NCBI RefSeq assembly: GCF_009914755.1
Contig: NC_060926.1
DNA length: 64,000 nt
Origin: the human T2T-CHM13v2.0 reference genome, Homo sapiens
Direction: 5' to 3' (one strand)
Shown here: positions 42,201 through 56,530 of the stretch, piece after piece
How the letters are laid out: every line of letters begins with the position of its first letter
How positions within the stretch are numbered: the first letter of the stretch is position 1
Notes under the pieces: model-generated
Database searches by the model: none
What the model was told of the DNA's origin: nothing
The model's input: only the letters and a program-made list of their open reading frames with translations
Position numbers and translations under genes: made by a program

Positions 42201-43449
42201 TCCTTTTCACCTGAGCAATGCCAAGAAACTACACCTGAGAATTATCTAGGCCCATGGCCTGGTTCCATGTTCTCTAAAATGTAATTACAGAACCTGGTAC
42301 AAATTTCCACCTTCTCATCCAGTCACATCAACAACAAAAATATTTTGCAAATAGAGGTGGCTCTCGTAAGCCTCATCAACTGCCTCTGACCATAAATGTA
42401 CAAAAGCTTCAAGGACCAAAGCGCCAAGTTGCAGCACAAAGTCAATCACTTGAGCCTATTCCCACAGTACAAAACAGGTGCACTCTAAGGCTTCCCCAAA
42501 TACACATCAAATGCAGCACCAAGAACAATTTTCATAAAGTACACAAAAAGCACCTGGCTCCTGAGAACTCTCAATTCACTGGATTACAAATAGGGAACAA
42601 TTGTGTGATTAGCAATCCTTGCTTCAAATGCTCAAATCCTCTTTTTCTGATTCTGTTAATCTCTGGTCATTTCTAGATATTGAACCCTAGTCCAACCAAA
42701 TACAATTTAAAAGTTTTCATATGCCATCTGGTTCAAAGCATTCCTACTCCCTTGGTTCCATGAAAGTATAGATTTGTATATTTCTAGGAGCATGGAGCTG
42801 AGAAGAAAGCAGTTCATTTCCTCCCTTGCACTCATCTGAGTGTGTCTTCCTCCAGGATTGGGTAGTGAGGCATCCATGAAAGCTATCCGGAGGTGGCAGT
42901 GCCTGACATCTAGGGGAATAAATGCAGAAAGCCAAGATCCAGATGCAGAACGTGTCATTTCGAGGGAACTGCACAGGATTTTACATGGTAGGGACACAGT
43001 GCTCCCATGGGCATACGCCTAACATAGGAGGCACAGGACATCTGCCAACTTTGCAGAGGCTAGAAACATAGTTAAGTGGTAAAAACAATATAAAGCTTCC
43101 CAAATAAGTATTGAAATGTGCCCTGGTTCTATTTTTTCTTCCAATGCTATAAAATATACATTTTTAATAAAATTGAAATGGAAAGTAAAGGAAAATTAGG
43201 AGCACATAGGTGAAATTGAGCTCATGATAACACTACAACATCTCTTCCTAACTGATTTTAGATTCAACCACTTGCACACGCATTTCTGTTCATATCGATG
43301 ATTGCAAGGTTTTCCACTGTTTGATGTACACAATTTTCCACTCACCTCCAATTGATCAATATTTCAACTTTGATTGTTTGAGATTTATTTTTTCTTATGT
43401 TTATTATTTGAAAACTTTTTCAAACAAAAGTGAGTGTTCTTATACTTTT

Positions 43450-45300
43450 ACACAAGGATTTCTAATAGTTGACCAGGAAAGTCAAAGTGTGATGCTGATA
43501 GAAGTAGTGTGGAAATACAGAATATTTTGTCATCATAATAATTAATTCACCTGATGTGAAAATATAGAGAATGTAGCATCTGAAAACCTGAGAGTCTGTG
43601 CATGATTGAAACTGTAGTAATACACATCAAATTTTATAAAAACTTATGTCAAGGAAAGTTTAATTTCAACATAAAAAATTTAAGGTGAATCCCAAGGTTT
43701 AAAAGAATCTCATGTTTCTGGTTTTCAGTGATTGGTTTATAGTATTATATAGATTATGTGTGCTATTACCATATATGTCGATTCTCCAACAAAAATTCAG
43801 TTGTGGAAAAGAATTTCTTACATCATAAGCACTTTCCAATTAAAGAATAGCTCTGGAAATTTTCAGAAAACATAAAAAGTAAAATGCATGTGAAACATTG
43901 TAATGTTGACGTTACTGCCACTTTTTATGACATAATTATTGCTAACAAGTTATCAAGAGATCTTAGGGAAGATTTATGATTAAGAAGGCATGATAAGTAA
44001 ATTTTGTTGGAGTACACAAAAATTTGGGGTGTTGTTAGAAATTATGATGAAAGTTAAAAAACAAGAAATATGTCCGACATGGGGGAACAACACACACTGG
44101 GGCCTATCAGAGACTGGAGGGTAGAAGGAGGTAGAGGATCAGGAAAAATAATGGACACTAGGCTTAATACCTGGGTGATGAAATAATTGATACAACAAAC
44201 CCCCATGACACAAATTTACCTATGTAACAAACCTACACATCCTGCACATGTACCCCTGAACCTAAGTTTTTTAAAAAAAGAAATATGTGCAAGCTCTCAA
44301 TCTCTTATAAAAGTGGGCAAATTCAAAATCAAATTATTTGAACAATAAAGATTTTTAAAATCTCAGTACCTTATGAATGAGATCAATATTCATTCAACTT
44401 GTACAATAAACAAAGATTAGATTGTCTGAGGTATGTGCAGAATCATCAGAAACAATTTTAATGAAAAGGAACTCTTCTGTTTCAGCAATGCCGAAAATGT
44501 GACTGACAACATCTCAGCATCTTACACAGTACAAAACTTATCTGTTGTAAATCAAAGTTAATATTATTAACACTGTGACCAGGCCTACATTAACACACAG
44601 AGTGTGAATGGAAATGTTAATGGGGCTGTAATAAATTATAAAGAGAAAGCACCTAAAGAATCTATACATGCTTTCATCATAACCTTTAGGCTTGATAGAA
44701 ATGAGGTTTTATGAGGAAGCAAAAAAAAAAAAGACATTAAATGCTTTCAAACTGTTGATTCTTTGTATGGCATTGTTAATGTGTGTATATATATATATGT
44801 GCATGTGTGTGTGTATATACACATACCTAATAGATACATACATGGGGGGATTGGCAAATATTTTTAGGGAAAAATAAGTTTTTTCTGTACTTGAAGCACA
44901 CCACAAGAGGCAGTACATTATTAAGCATCATTAGCTTTTTTAATTTAATTGCACTAAAAGAGATTAAGGTCACACCCCAAGTATTCCAGCTTCTATGGGC
45001 AGGTTTTCTTTTTGTTTTCTTTTTTATATTCGAAATGAGAGACAGTATCCCCTCAGTTATCATGTGATAAGAACAATAAATGTGGCAAAACTATTTAGGG
45101 TAAGGCAAAGAAATTATGCCAAAAATAATGTCAGAGAGTTTCAAAATTGAGATGTTTTCCTTGAGAAAAAAAAAATAGTTTAAAAATAAAAATACATCAT
45201 GGCAATTGAGACAGTGTGCTTCTTCCCCCACTACACCATCAGAAAAAAGAGCAGAAAATGTAATGGTCTTTGCCAAAAATTGAAGGCTACATCACTAGAT
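43450..45300 (+). mobile_element. Putative fossil Helitron (Rep N-terminal part + Pif1 helicase C-terminal part), boundaries approximate
   Basis: Collinear degenerate peptide motifs: YRLCVLLP..KF, RIALE, HVKHCN, DL*LRRHD, RNYD, DCLRYVQNHQKQF, RQYPLSYHVIRTIN; matched by eye to recalled Helitron RepHel consensus. Confidence 0.55.
44075..44277 (+). mobile_element. L1PA (L1PA11-13-like) short 3'UTR fragment
   Basis: gggaacaacacacactggggcct...aggcttaatacctgggtgatgaaata...cacatgtacccctgaac; TSD aagaaatatgt at 44063-44073 and 44278-44288. Confidence 0.9.
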
Positions 45301-46210
45301 TGCAATATTTGGCTTTTGGAGAATGAATTTAACAAAAGGAAGCAAATTTTAGAACTACTTTTTAAAAATAGAATGAACCATTAAATTAAACATTGGCCAA
45401 ACCAGCCAAGAATTATACAAATTTGATGCAAATTCCATAACTCTGATTTCTCTTGCGTCTGTGAAAAACTCAACTTTATGACTGTTGATTCAACTGACTG
45501 TTGCCATTTATGTCTTTCATGGCCATGATCCTTTTGTCTCCAAGCTTCTAGATATTGCATTGGATTGGCCAACTAAGGCAATATATTTTCTATTCTGTAC
45601 TTCTCAGAAATATACTTAGCATGTAGGAGAAGAGAGACTCCAGAAATGGGCTATGATGGTGGTTGAGAAGAATCTTTTTGCACATGCGTGCATGCTCATG
45701 AGTGTGTGCACACACACACAGACAATGCCTGAAGGACTTTGCAGCCACAACATCAGAGGGACAGATGATGCTTTGTTAATTTAATCTAATGTCTACAAAT
45801 GTTGTACCTCGCTCAGAATGCTATCGCCTTAAATTTCAAACTTTAATTCAAGTTCTCAAAGTGTTCAGAGTTGACCATAAGGTTTGCAATCTTGGGGGCA
45901 TGTCCTGATGGGTAGTAACAAGACATTTATGAAAATGTCCTTGTCTTATTCCAAAAGAGCGACCATGTGAAATGTGGCACCTGAAACTTGTTACAAAGCT
46001 TGTCACTTGCTCAATTAATTTGTCTTTATAGAGATACCAATCAGTGTGCCTGGCCAGCAATATACTCTCCTCCCAAGTCATAGTTGTAATCTGCTTTAGA
46101 ACATGTTAAAATGGAAAACACGGAGCTGGAAAGGTGAACAAGAATATAGTCTAAAAGCTTGTCTTCATATACAAATAGTTCAGAAGGAGTAGGTGTGTAA
46201 GTAAAATTAA

Positions 46211-46233
46211 ACACACACACACACACACACACA
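46211..46233. repeat. (CA)n microsatellite
   Basis: About 11 perfect AC units. Confidence 0.95.
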
Positions 46234-47215
46234 TCATTCCTTGAAATTCAGTTGATGGCACAAAGAATGTGCACAGTGACTCTAATTCATAGAAACGAAG
46301 ATCTCAAGCCATGCTGAAGACCAGCTTCTTTTTTTAAACCATCGCAGTATGTGCATGGTACACAGTGTATTTATATGGTGCATCCTACATACCCAATGAG
46401 AAGGCAAAAATAAAGAATTAGAATGTCATCATAATTTCAGTTTGGCAGTGATTTTATTTTTCTTGTTCTCCCTGATAATTCCAGTACCCAGACTAGTGCC
46501 TGGTATCTAATAAGCTCTTAATGCATATATGTTGAGTGATGGAGTGGCATAGGTAATTTCTGGAATGACTGAAGTAAATATAATCAGCTCACTTTAAAAT
46601 GAATTTTTTCAGTATAAAGTAACTCTCTGGAAGTTGACATGAAGTTTGATCAGAAATTAAGGCAGAAGGTATGTGAAACAGTAGAAACTGTAGATATGAG
46701 TATAAAAAAAGTGGGTGGCAAGGGATAAGGAAGCATGTAGGGGGTTCTGCCCAGAATACTGAGAAACAGGCCAGACCATAATAAAAGGGAACACAGAGAA
46801 AGGAGGACCTTAGTGCACAAAAAATACAATTTTAATTTAATTTCAAAGCAACCTGAGTGTTACTGCAACACTGGAAAAAAGAACAAACTTGGTCTTACAA
46901 ACATCAAAAAAAACAATGGTACCTTTAGTGTAGGGATATTTTGAGAATGGCCTATCCAGCTTACAGCAGCTACACAGCAGATTTCAATAGTCTAAGAGTG
47001 AAAACGTTTTAGAAATAGATGTGTTTGGAAAATTTTATACAAAAATAACTCAGCCATAGGATGGATTTGAAATATAAGGGAGAAATGAGTGAAAGATGTT
47101 CATTCTTTCATTCATTCCCCAATACTTAGTGAATGCCTGTGATGGGATAGAGCAGAGAAAAAAAAAAAAATAAGAAATCCTTGGCTTCATTCACTGTACA
47201 TTCTTTAGGGTGGAC

Positions 47216-47425
47216 CAAGCTTGTCTAAACCGCACGTAGTCCAGGATGGTTTTAAATGCAGCCCAATATAAATCTGTAAACTCTCTTAAAACATTATGAG
47301 ACTTTTTTGGTGATTTTAAAAAAATAACTTATCAGCTAGTTGTTAGTGTTAGCGTATTTTATGTGAGGTTCAAGACAATTCTTCTTCCAAGTAGCCCAGG
47401 GAAGCCAAAAGATTGAACACTCCTG
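47216..47425 (-). mobile_element. MER30 hAT-Charlie MITE
   Basis: Ends caagcttgtc / gattgaacactcctg; 8-bp TSD gggtggac (47208-47215) and gggtagac (47426-47433). Confidence 0.9.
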
Positions 47426-48267
47426 GGGTAGACAAAAATATGAAACCCAAAACAAATTAAATTAAAAATGGAAAAGAAAGTCTTGCAGAATCTTAGGAGG
47501 TTATGTGCTTGGAAGGACAAATAATGACATGGAGACCGGGCAGAGGGAGCTGGAGGAAGGGGCTGTGGTACTTTCAAGCACAGTGGTCAGGAAAGGCCCC
47601 CAGGGAGAAGATGGCATTGAAGTCTGAAAGAGGTTCTAAGTTCTTTCTGTTCTAGAGGATAGAGATACCGTCATACTTACAGAGAAAGGACATGTCATAA
47701 AGGCTTAGGGGCAAGCCGGGTTCATAACCTTTGTTTTAGAATTTTTCTTCTTCTCTATAAAATGTATCAATGCTTTTCAATAATTAGGGGTAAGTTCATT
47801 TTGTTTGTTTTTTTCCTCAAAGGCTCAAGAGATAGTTATGATTCTCAGTGACTTTCCCATTGGCTTCTTTTTAAAATATTTCAATTCGAATCAAATGTCC
47901 AGTGAGCAGCGGCTGTGCCTGGGAGGCGCCACAAAGGGGAGTGAGTTTCCAACCTCAGGAGAAGGACAAATAACAGGGAAAGGCAAAGGTTTAAAGAATT
48001 TGAATAGGGTATGAATTCGATAATATAAAACGAAACGTCATGGCAATGCAGAAGAGACAACAGTCAATCAGGAGGAGCTGAAAACCGCTGACAGAGGTGG
48101 GCGTCTCTGCCAAGAATTCTGAAAGGCGTAGGTGGCGCTGCTGTTGGAAGGAGGAATAGGAGCCCAGGAGAAGTCCGAGCTTATTTGAGGAACAAAACAC
48201 AAGGAGAGGCTGCAGAAGTAATTCACATACTAACGAACAAAAAGCAATCAGTTTGTCATTTGGCTAA

Positions 48268-48575
<308 letters not shown>

Positions 48576-49148
48576 TAGGGTTTCAAAACATTTTCCTGAA
48601 GAATCAATGACTGACCATACGTTAATAATATATGTGGTTTAAAATAATGCACTGGAAAGTCGCGTGAGGGCGTCTCTTTCCGTAGCAGTTCAATTAAAGC
48701 AGAGACTGAACTGCTTGCCCGAGCACTGCACTTGCACACTCTCATTTGTGACTGTCATCATTTCTCCCTTTTCCTTATGTTTCTTTTCCAAATTGGCACT
48801 TTATTTAAGTCAAATCTCCTCAGTTCAGTATCACAACCAGAAATCCACTCAAAAAAAAAAAAAGATGAAATAAATGAGAACGCAGAGGGACTTCACTTAC
48901 ACAGCCAGAGAAGTCTCAAGACTAAGCACTGTTAAAAAAAAAAAAAAAAAGTAAAAGCAGTTGTCAGTGTGAAGCAAAAAGATATCAAGCAAGGTTTTAA
49001 AACGTTTGAAATGGTGGAATGGTGGAATATAAGGCTGATGATTGTGAGGAATGGTTGTCTATAATTTTTAAAATTTTAAATGCTGCTTCTTGAATTGTCA
49101 ACAATAGAGCGACACTCGGGATTGCAGGGCGAGGAAGTTCTGGATCTA

Positions 49149-50410
<1,262 letters not shown>

Positions 50411-50612
50411 TACTAATATAAAAAGTACAACTCCTCTTCCTAGGAGATGATAGTGCTCACCAACTGCCAGTCCTTTCTCATACCACGCTGTGATTGTTAC
50501 TTTGTGTAAACACAGAGACTGGATAAATCATCTGTTGGACAGCACTGAGAGACAGCTGTCTCAGGTGAAGTGCTCCAGTCCCACTTCTGGAGGCTTGAGA
50601 AGCCCTATCATG

Positions 50613-50704
50613 ATGTTTTGACTCATTACCCTGAGCCTTCATCAGCTGATGAAACTAATTTTTTTCATCAGCTGATTAAGATTCAAGGTAATGAGTCAAA
50701 ACAT
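50613..50704. repeat. Long inverted repeat (42-bp arms, 8-nt loop)
   Basis: 50613-50654 vs reverse complement of 50663-50704: 38/42 identical. Confidence 0.92.
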
Positions 50705-53698
50705 GCCAGTAGTAATTCCCAACTGCATTGAAGACAAGATGTTAACTTTTCCATGCACATACATGCATGCAGACAGACACAAAATGAACCAACACAGCCT
50801 CCTTGCATATAGAAAAGTTCATTTTGTTAACGAAGGGGGTGACAATTACCACATACATCTAAAAGGGGGAAAGAAAAATTGGTTGACCAAACAATTGAAC
50901 TGATTAATAATTTTAATAAGGGAGAAATGGCATGAAATTAATTCATGAGAGAACACAACTGGAGAAAAGAAAATAAAAATCACACAGGAAATTGCCATGC
51001 ACAAATCCAAACAGATTCTAGGAAAAACCAAAATTCCAAATGCTTTGTGCTTCCTCTTGAATCAACAAGTGCACTTCAGAATGTTTTTGATGGCAACTGT
51101 ATCTAAGCTTAAAGTTCCAGGAATTTTCCACAACTGTTCTGCATTCTGCAGGCCTTTTGTCTGACTACAGAATATTGAGTTTTAGCAACAAAAGCGTTTG
51201 ATTGAATACTCTACCCCTTAATATCAGCTATATATGTATTTTAAATTCTATTAGGCATCCATTGGGAAACTACCTAATATTTCGAATGCATTGCTTAATG
51301 TGCTAACTGATCTTATTTTCGTGTGGAGCTCACTGTCAGGGATACCAAAAGCATAGTGACAGTTATTGCTGCTGAAAGGATTCTATGGGGGTGTGAGCAG
51401 AATGGTTAATGGACCTGCAGTCAGGGGAGTTAAGTATTTCCTAAATCTGGTAATAGTCCAGCATTCCAAGAGCCGAGGAAGACTGGACATAAAATCTGCA
51501 TATCAGCCTAGGTTTATCTCCTTCAGTAGTTTGAGTAAATCAACTTATAAGATCTGCTATGAAAAGTGTCCCTCTAAAAATGTAACGAATGCTAAAACAT
51601 GGCATGAGATAGTCTCAATGGTAAACTGAAAGCAAACAGTTTACATTGGGAACAAACAATAACTGTGATCCTAATGTCTTTGAATTGCAACAACTGAGTA
51701 TGCAATGCTTTTAAATGCGAGATTCAAAACCACAAAGAGACCTGGTTCACCCATAAACGATTAAGGAAAACTTCTACCTACAGCCCACTGCTGATCAGCA
51801 GGCACTATGAAAGCTTTTCTGCTGGAACTCTTTGTGAGAATTTTGTCCGAGGTTTTGGGGAGAGGGGAAAGCTTAGTACTAAAAAGATGTAAACATTCTC
51901 TTCTCTTTTTAACTGTTTTATTTTTCTTTCTTCCCCTGACGGCTGTATCTCTACTGTACCAGCTCCTGTCAGTTGCAGAAGAAACCATCACTCTACTTAT
52001 TAGGAAAGTATTACTTCTGCTATGTTTTAGTTTAAAATATGCTATTTAGAGGTACCATCTCTCAGAGACCAACTCATGCATGTGCTCAGAGAGGGTCTTA
52101 ATTGATGCATGATTTACTACATGAAGCAAAACTTTGCTTGGATAGGCTGAAAGACTATGGCGAGGAAGAGCCCTTTATACAGTTTTATAGGCCTGTCTTC
52201 TCATTGGGAGCATACATTTACTAATTGTATAATTGGTGGCACAGTTCTTCCATCATAAACATTGTTATCAGTTAATTAAACTTGAAATGCAGCTTTGTTC
52301 CGCAACATGTTTTGTCAGATTGTTTTCCTTATTTATTTATCATCATAAAATTTTACTTGGTGACTGGCAGCTTCTCAACCCTCCAATAATAATATAAATC
52401 AAAACATAAGATTTTAGTCTTCATGCAATTTCCTTTTGGTCTGAAAATATGAAACCAGATGTTTTTGGCATGCTAAAGATGCTTTTCATCTTTTTTTAGA
52501 TTCTTTCAGTGCAGTCAAAGTAAATGCATTTTAAAACCAACTTATGAAAGTTAAATTCCCTTTGTTCATCTGTATGTAGTCTGGTTTGCATTGATGCAGG
52601 GGCACTGAGAGACCTTTCAGATAACATACTGAATGTCTTGGAGAAATTATACATGTGGGGCAAAAAGCTCAAAGGGCAACAGAAATTGTATTAATAGTAG
52701 ATCAATAGACCATGAACTGTGATTCACCAGAGGATCTTACCAAGCAGCATGTGCACGTTGGACAGCAACCAGTATAATCTTGACTATCTATATATTATCT
52801 GGGTGATGTGCCTAATTTGTTCACATAGTTATCACATACTTGTTCCAGTTTGAAAATGTGGGGCCCATGAAAGCACAGCCATTGGAATTTCCTGTGACAG
52901 TGAATCTCATTTCAGTAGATATTACCATCTATCTCAGCCTAAGGCTATCACTAAAACATCTAAACATTCCCAGATGGAACCTACTTTGCTGATATTAAAG
53001 GGATTTAGTGTTAGTGGAGAGGCTTGAGGTCAGCAAATAGGAGCAGGAATAGAGTGGCACCTGGGCTAATCTCATTTGTACATGGCCTCAGATTGCCATT
53101 ACATCCCTGGGCTATCTTGTGGTTTGGGTATTAGAACTCTTAGGACAGACTGAAATACTTTGAGATCTTGGTGGGTTGGTGTATGGAATTATTTATAATC
53201 AGCTTTGCTATCTCAGCTTTGATGTGGTTGCGCCATCCTCAGGCCCAAGCTTCATTGCATAAATTCCATGGGCCAGTGCACAGGACACTTCTACCTTTTT
53301 CCCCATCCCCAACGATCTTAGCACCCTCTTTACTCATGAAGAGTAGGACTCTGCCACCTTGTATCCTGCTTGATTTTCGAGGAAGTTTTCTTAGAATTAT
53401 CCACATACACAGACCTCATGGACTTCCTTATTACCCATTGCAATTGAGTTTCTATTTTCAGCATTCCACTGAATTTGCTGTGTCTGAAGTCACCAATGGT
53501 CCCTTAATAACCAAACACAATGTGTTCTTTCAGCCTTCAACATCGTTAACCTCTGTGACACTGGCTGCTTGCTTCTTCTTCAGTGTATCCTCCCTTAGCT
53601 TACTCAGACTAAGTTCTTTTGGTTCTCCTGTTCCTCTGACCTTCTTTCCTAATGCCTCCTGCTCATTCCTCTTCCTCTGCCTGACTCTGAATATTGCA

Positions 53699-53784
53699 CA
53701 GTAGCTCCCCCTTATCCACAGCGGATACATTCCAAGACTCCCCGTGGATGCCTGAAACTGCAATACATTGATTTTCCCCAAACA

Positions 53785-53818
<34 letters not shown>

Positions 53819-54048
53819 GCTTTATAAATAAAGCTTAATTTATATATTAGGCATGGTAAAAGATTAACAATAACAATAATAAAATAGAACTATTATAAAA
53901 ATATTCTGTAATAAAGGTTAGGTGAATGTGGTCTCTCTTTCTCTCTCTCTCTCAAATTATCTTATTGCGTGCAATATTTTGAGACTGCAGTGGACTGCAG
54001 GTAAATGAAACCTCGGAAATCAAAACTCTAGATAAGCGGGGATTGCTG
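53699..54048 (+). mobile_element. MER44 (Tigger7-derived) MITE containing (TA)n at ~53785-53818
   Basis: TIRs cagtagctcccccttatcc / gataagcggggattgctg; inserted within L2 sequence. Confidence 0.88.
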
Positions 54049-55315
54049 TCTTCTGTAAGGTTCTGCTGTTGACCCTCTGACATCTTCACTTCTCATAATT
54101 TTCTGGGTGTGGCACTGACTCCCATCACTATCCATATGCTGATATCACCTGTAATTCTATTTCCCATTCATCTTGCTCCTCTGCTGAAGATCACACTCTC
54201 TACCTGCCTAGTAGAAACCCACACAGAAAAGTCCCAAAGCCACCACACACTCAGCGTTTAAAAAAAAAATTTCCCTGAAATTATTGTCTTTCCTAAATAG
54301 TCAAGCCTAATTAATATTACCCAGACATCAAAGCCAGAAATCGACTGAGCATCTATGATTTTTTTCACATAAATTACCCACACATCCATTTGCTCACAAG
54401 CTTCACAACTACCTTTGAATTACCTTTTAAAATTGTCCAGTTCATTCTGTTAATACTCAAGGAAAAATACAATATTTAAAATAATTAGGGAATATTTGCC
54501 TCTCTGGAATTGGGTAAAAAATTTCATTTGGATAAAGATTCTTGCCAGGCTAGCTTCAAATTCTATAAACCATCACCTTCTCACAAGTCTGACCTTGAAA
54601 GACACACAAAACCTGGGAGATGTAAACTGGTAAAAATGGAGGAAGGAAAATGGCAAAGAGAGGCAAGGCAGGAAGACAAGATAAAGGGCATTTCCCCAAC
54701 TTCTTCTCCTCTTTTCTTATTTTGGAAAATGTTACTGAAATCCATCTGGTTACTCGAGTCAAAATGGTTTTGTTTGGGAGGTTTTTTTTTTCCTTATTTT
54801 TTCCTTTTTCTTAGTCCTTAGGCCCAGTTGGATCATGAATGCTGTAGCGTCCACTTCCCTATCATCTTCCTAGACATTCTCATTACTATGACCTACTTCA
54901 TGTCCTCCAGGGAGCTCACCTAACCTTGCTGTCCCACTTTTCTTCAGTCTCCTTACTGCTCTTGGTGCCTTCCTAAACAGAAGAACTGCTTAAAATCCAT
55001 TGATGTTGCCTCATTACTGTCAGGACAAAATCCACACTTCTTAGCAAAATAGGCAGGCCCATCATCTGTTTTGGTGCTTACCTCTGCTGTCACCCAACAT
55101 TTAGGTGTGCTGAACAATCTGTATTCTGAAAGTGCCATTGTGATTCCTACCTTGTCTCTGCTAATGCTCTCTAATGTCCTTCTCTCTTTTTATTCTTCAC
55201 CACCTGCTGATTAGCTCAGCTCTATGACTCATCACTTCCTTCAAGCTGCCCCACTGCCCAGGTAGAACTAACTTGACCATCCTTTTTTTTTTTTTTTTAT
55301 TTCTCCTTAGGTAAC

Positions 55316-55764
55316 TGTATTAGTCCATTCTCACAGTGCTTTAAAAAGAAAAAAAACCTGCAACTGGGTAATTTATGAAGAAAATTAACATTTTCTTTAT
55401 ATATATAAATTAATATCAATTGGCTCATGGTTCTGCAGGCTGTGCAGGAAGCATGCTTCTGGCATCTGCACATCTTCTGAGGAGACCTCAAGAAACTTAC
55501 AACCATGGCAGAAGGCAAAGAGGGAGTCAGCAATTCTCATGGCTAGAGCAGGAGAAAGGGGAGGAGGAGGTGCCACACAGTTTCAAACTGATCTCGTGAG
55601 AATTCACTCACCATCAGGAGAACATCTCCAAAGGGATGGTTTTAAACCATTCATGAAGGGTCCACCTCTATGATCCAATCATCTCCCTTCAGGCCCCACC
55701 TCCAACATTGGGGATTACAATTGAACATGAGATTTGGGCAGGGGCACAGATCTAAACCAGATCA
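55316..55764 (-). mobile_element. ERVL-MaLR solo LTR (MSTA-like)
   Basis: tgtattagtccattctcac ... ggccccacctccaacattggggattacaattgaacatgagatttggg ... aaaccagatca; 5-bp TSD gtaac/gaaac. Confidence 0.9.
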
Positions 55765-55989
55765 GAAACTTTTACCATCTTCCTATATCTTTGTCCCTGT
55801 AGCACCGTATAACACATCCATATTCAGTCTAGTCAACTAGACTAGAACTCCTGAAGTTCCAGAACCATTCCTGGCTGTGTTTGGTGTTCTCATCTGTAGC
55901 ACAGTGGCATGGAACTTAGTAGATTAGTATATAGTTCATGATGTCTGTTCTGACTACTCGTGAGCATGGCACTCTGTGAACCACAAGCC

Positions 55990-56530
55990 TGTGAAGCAGG
56001 TTCACAGTGCAGCAGTTACCAATCCCAGGCAATTATCCCACCACATGGAGGATAGCAAAGTTCCTCACTACATCAACCACTAGGAAAAAGAGTCCAAACA
56101 TTTCCACCCGCTGCATCTTGGGCTGCAATTTATAACAACTGCGTAAGTTCAGTGAGACAGAACGTTTATACAACAAGGTAAGCGAAGCCACTTTATTACT
56201 CACAGACAGGCAGGAAGGGACAAGAGCAGCCTGGGATTCATAGTAACCCAGAGCCCCCAAGGCTCAGGAAAGCTGCTTGAAGTGGATGCAATCTCATCTG
56301 CTTATGCCCACGTTGCACAGCAGCTGAACAACCCCAAAAGCACTCTACTGTATACCCCAGGGTAATCTGGAATCACTGGGCTACAGTGTGGTAGGACATC
56401 CTGTTCTAGGAGGGGTGGGCACAGAGCCTAGGCTTAAATGACAGGTCTTTCTTATCTCAGGATGTTATATTCCCAGTACATTCTACAGTTGTGAGAGCTG
56501 CAAGCAAGAAAGAGAGGAAGAGCTGAGTCC
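55990..56530 (-). mobile_element. ERVL LTR (MER54/MER74-like)
   Basis: tgtgaagcaggttcacagtgc..gttaccaa; gtgagacagaac...tttattactcacagacaggcag. Confidence 0.6.

Noticed and set aside
42278-42676. Stop-free frame of ~132 codons on + (SHQQQKYFANRGGSRKPHQ...) with upstream AG acceptors
   Set aside because: No ATG and no recognisable domain. A few stop-free runs of this length are expected by chance across six frames of 64 kb; PhyloCSF would be needed.
42885-48140. CTCF-like words (tccggaggtggcag ~42885-42899; gcgtaggtggcgc ~48126-48138)
   Set aside because: Only the 3' half of the core matches; not supportable without PWM scoring or ChIP data.
51900-52055. Strong polypyrimidine tract and acceptor at ~51962
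   Set aside because: No convincing downstream donor or polyA signal; insufficient for an exon call.
53168-53704. 178-aa ORF
   Set aside because: Lies mostly in decayed pyrimidine-rich L2 sequence; non-ATG start.
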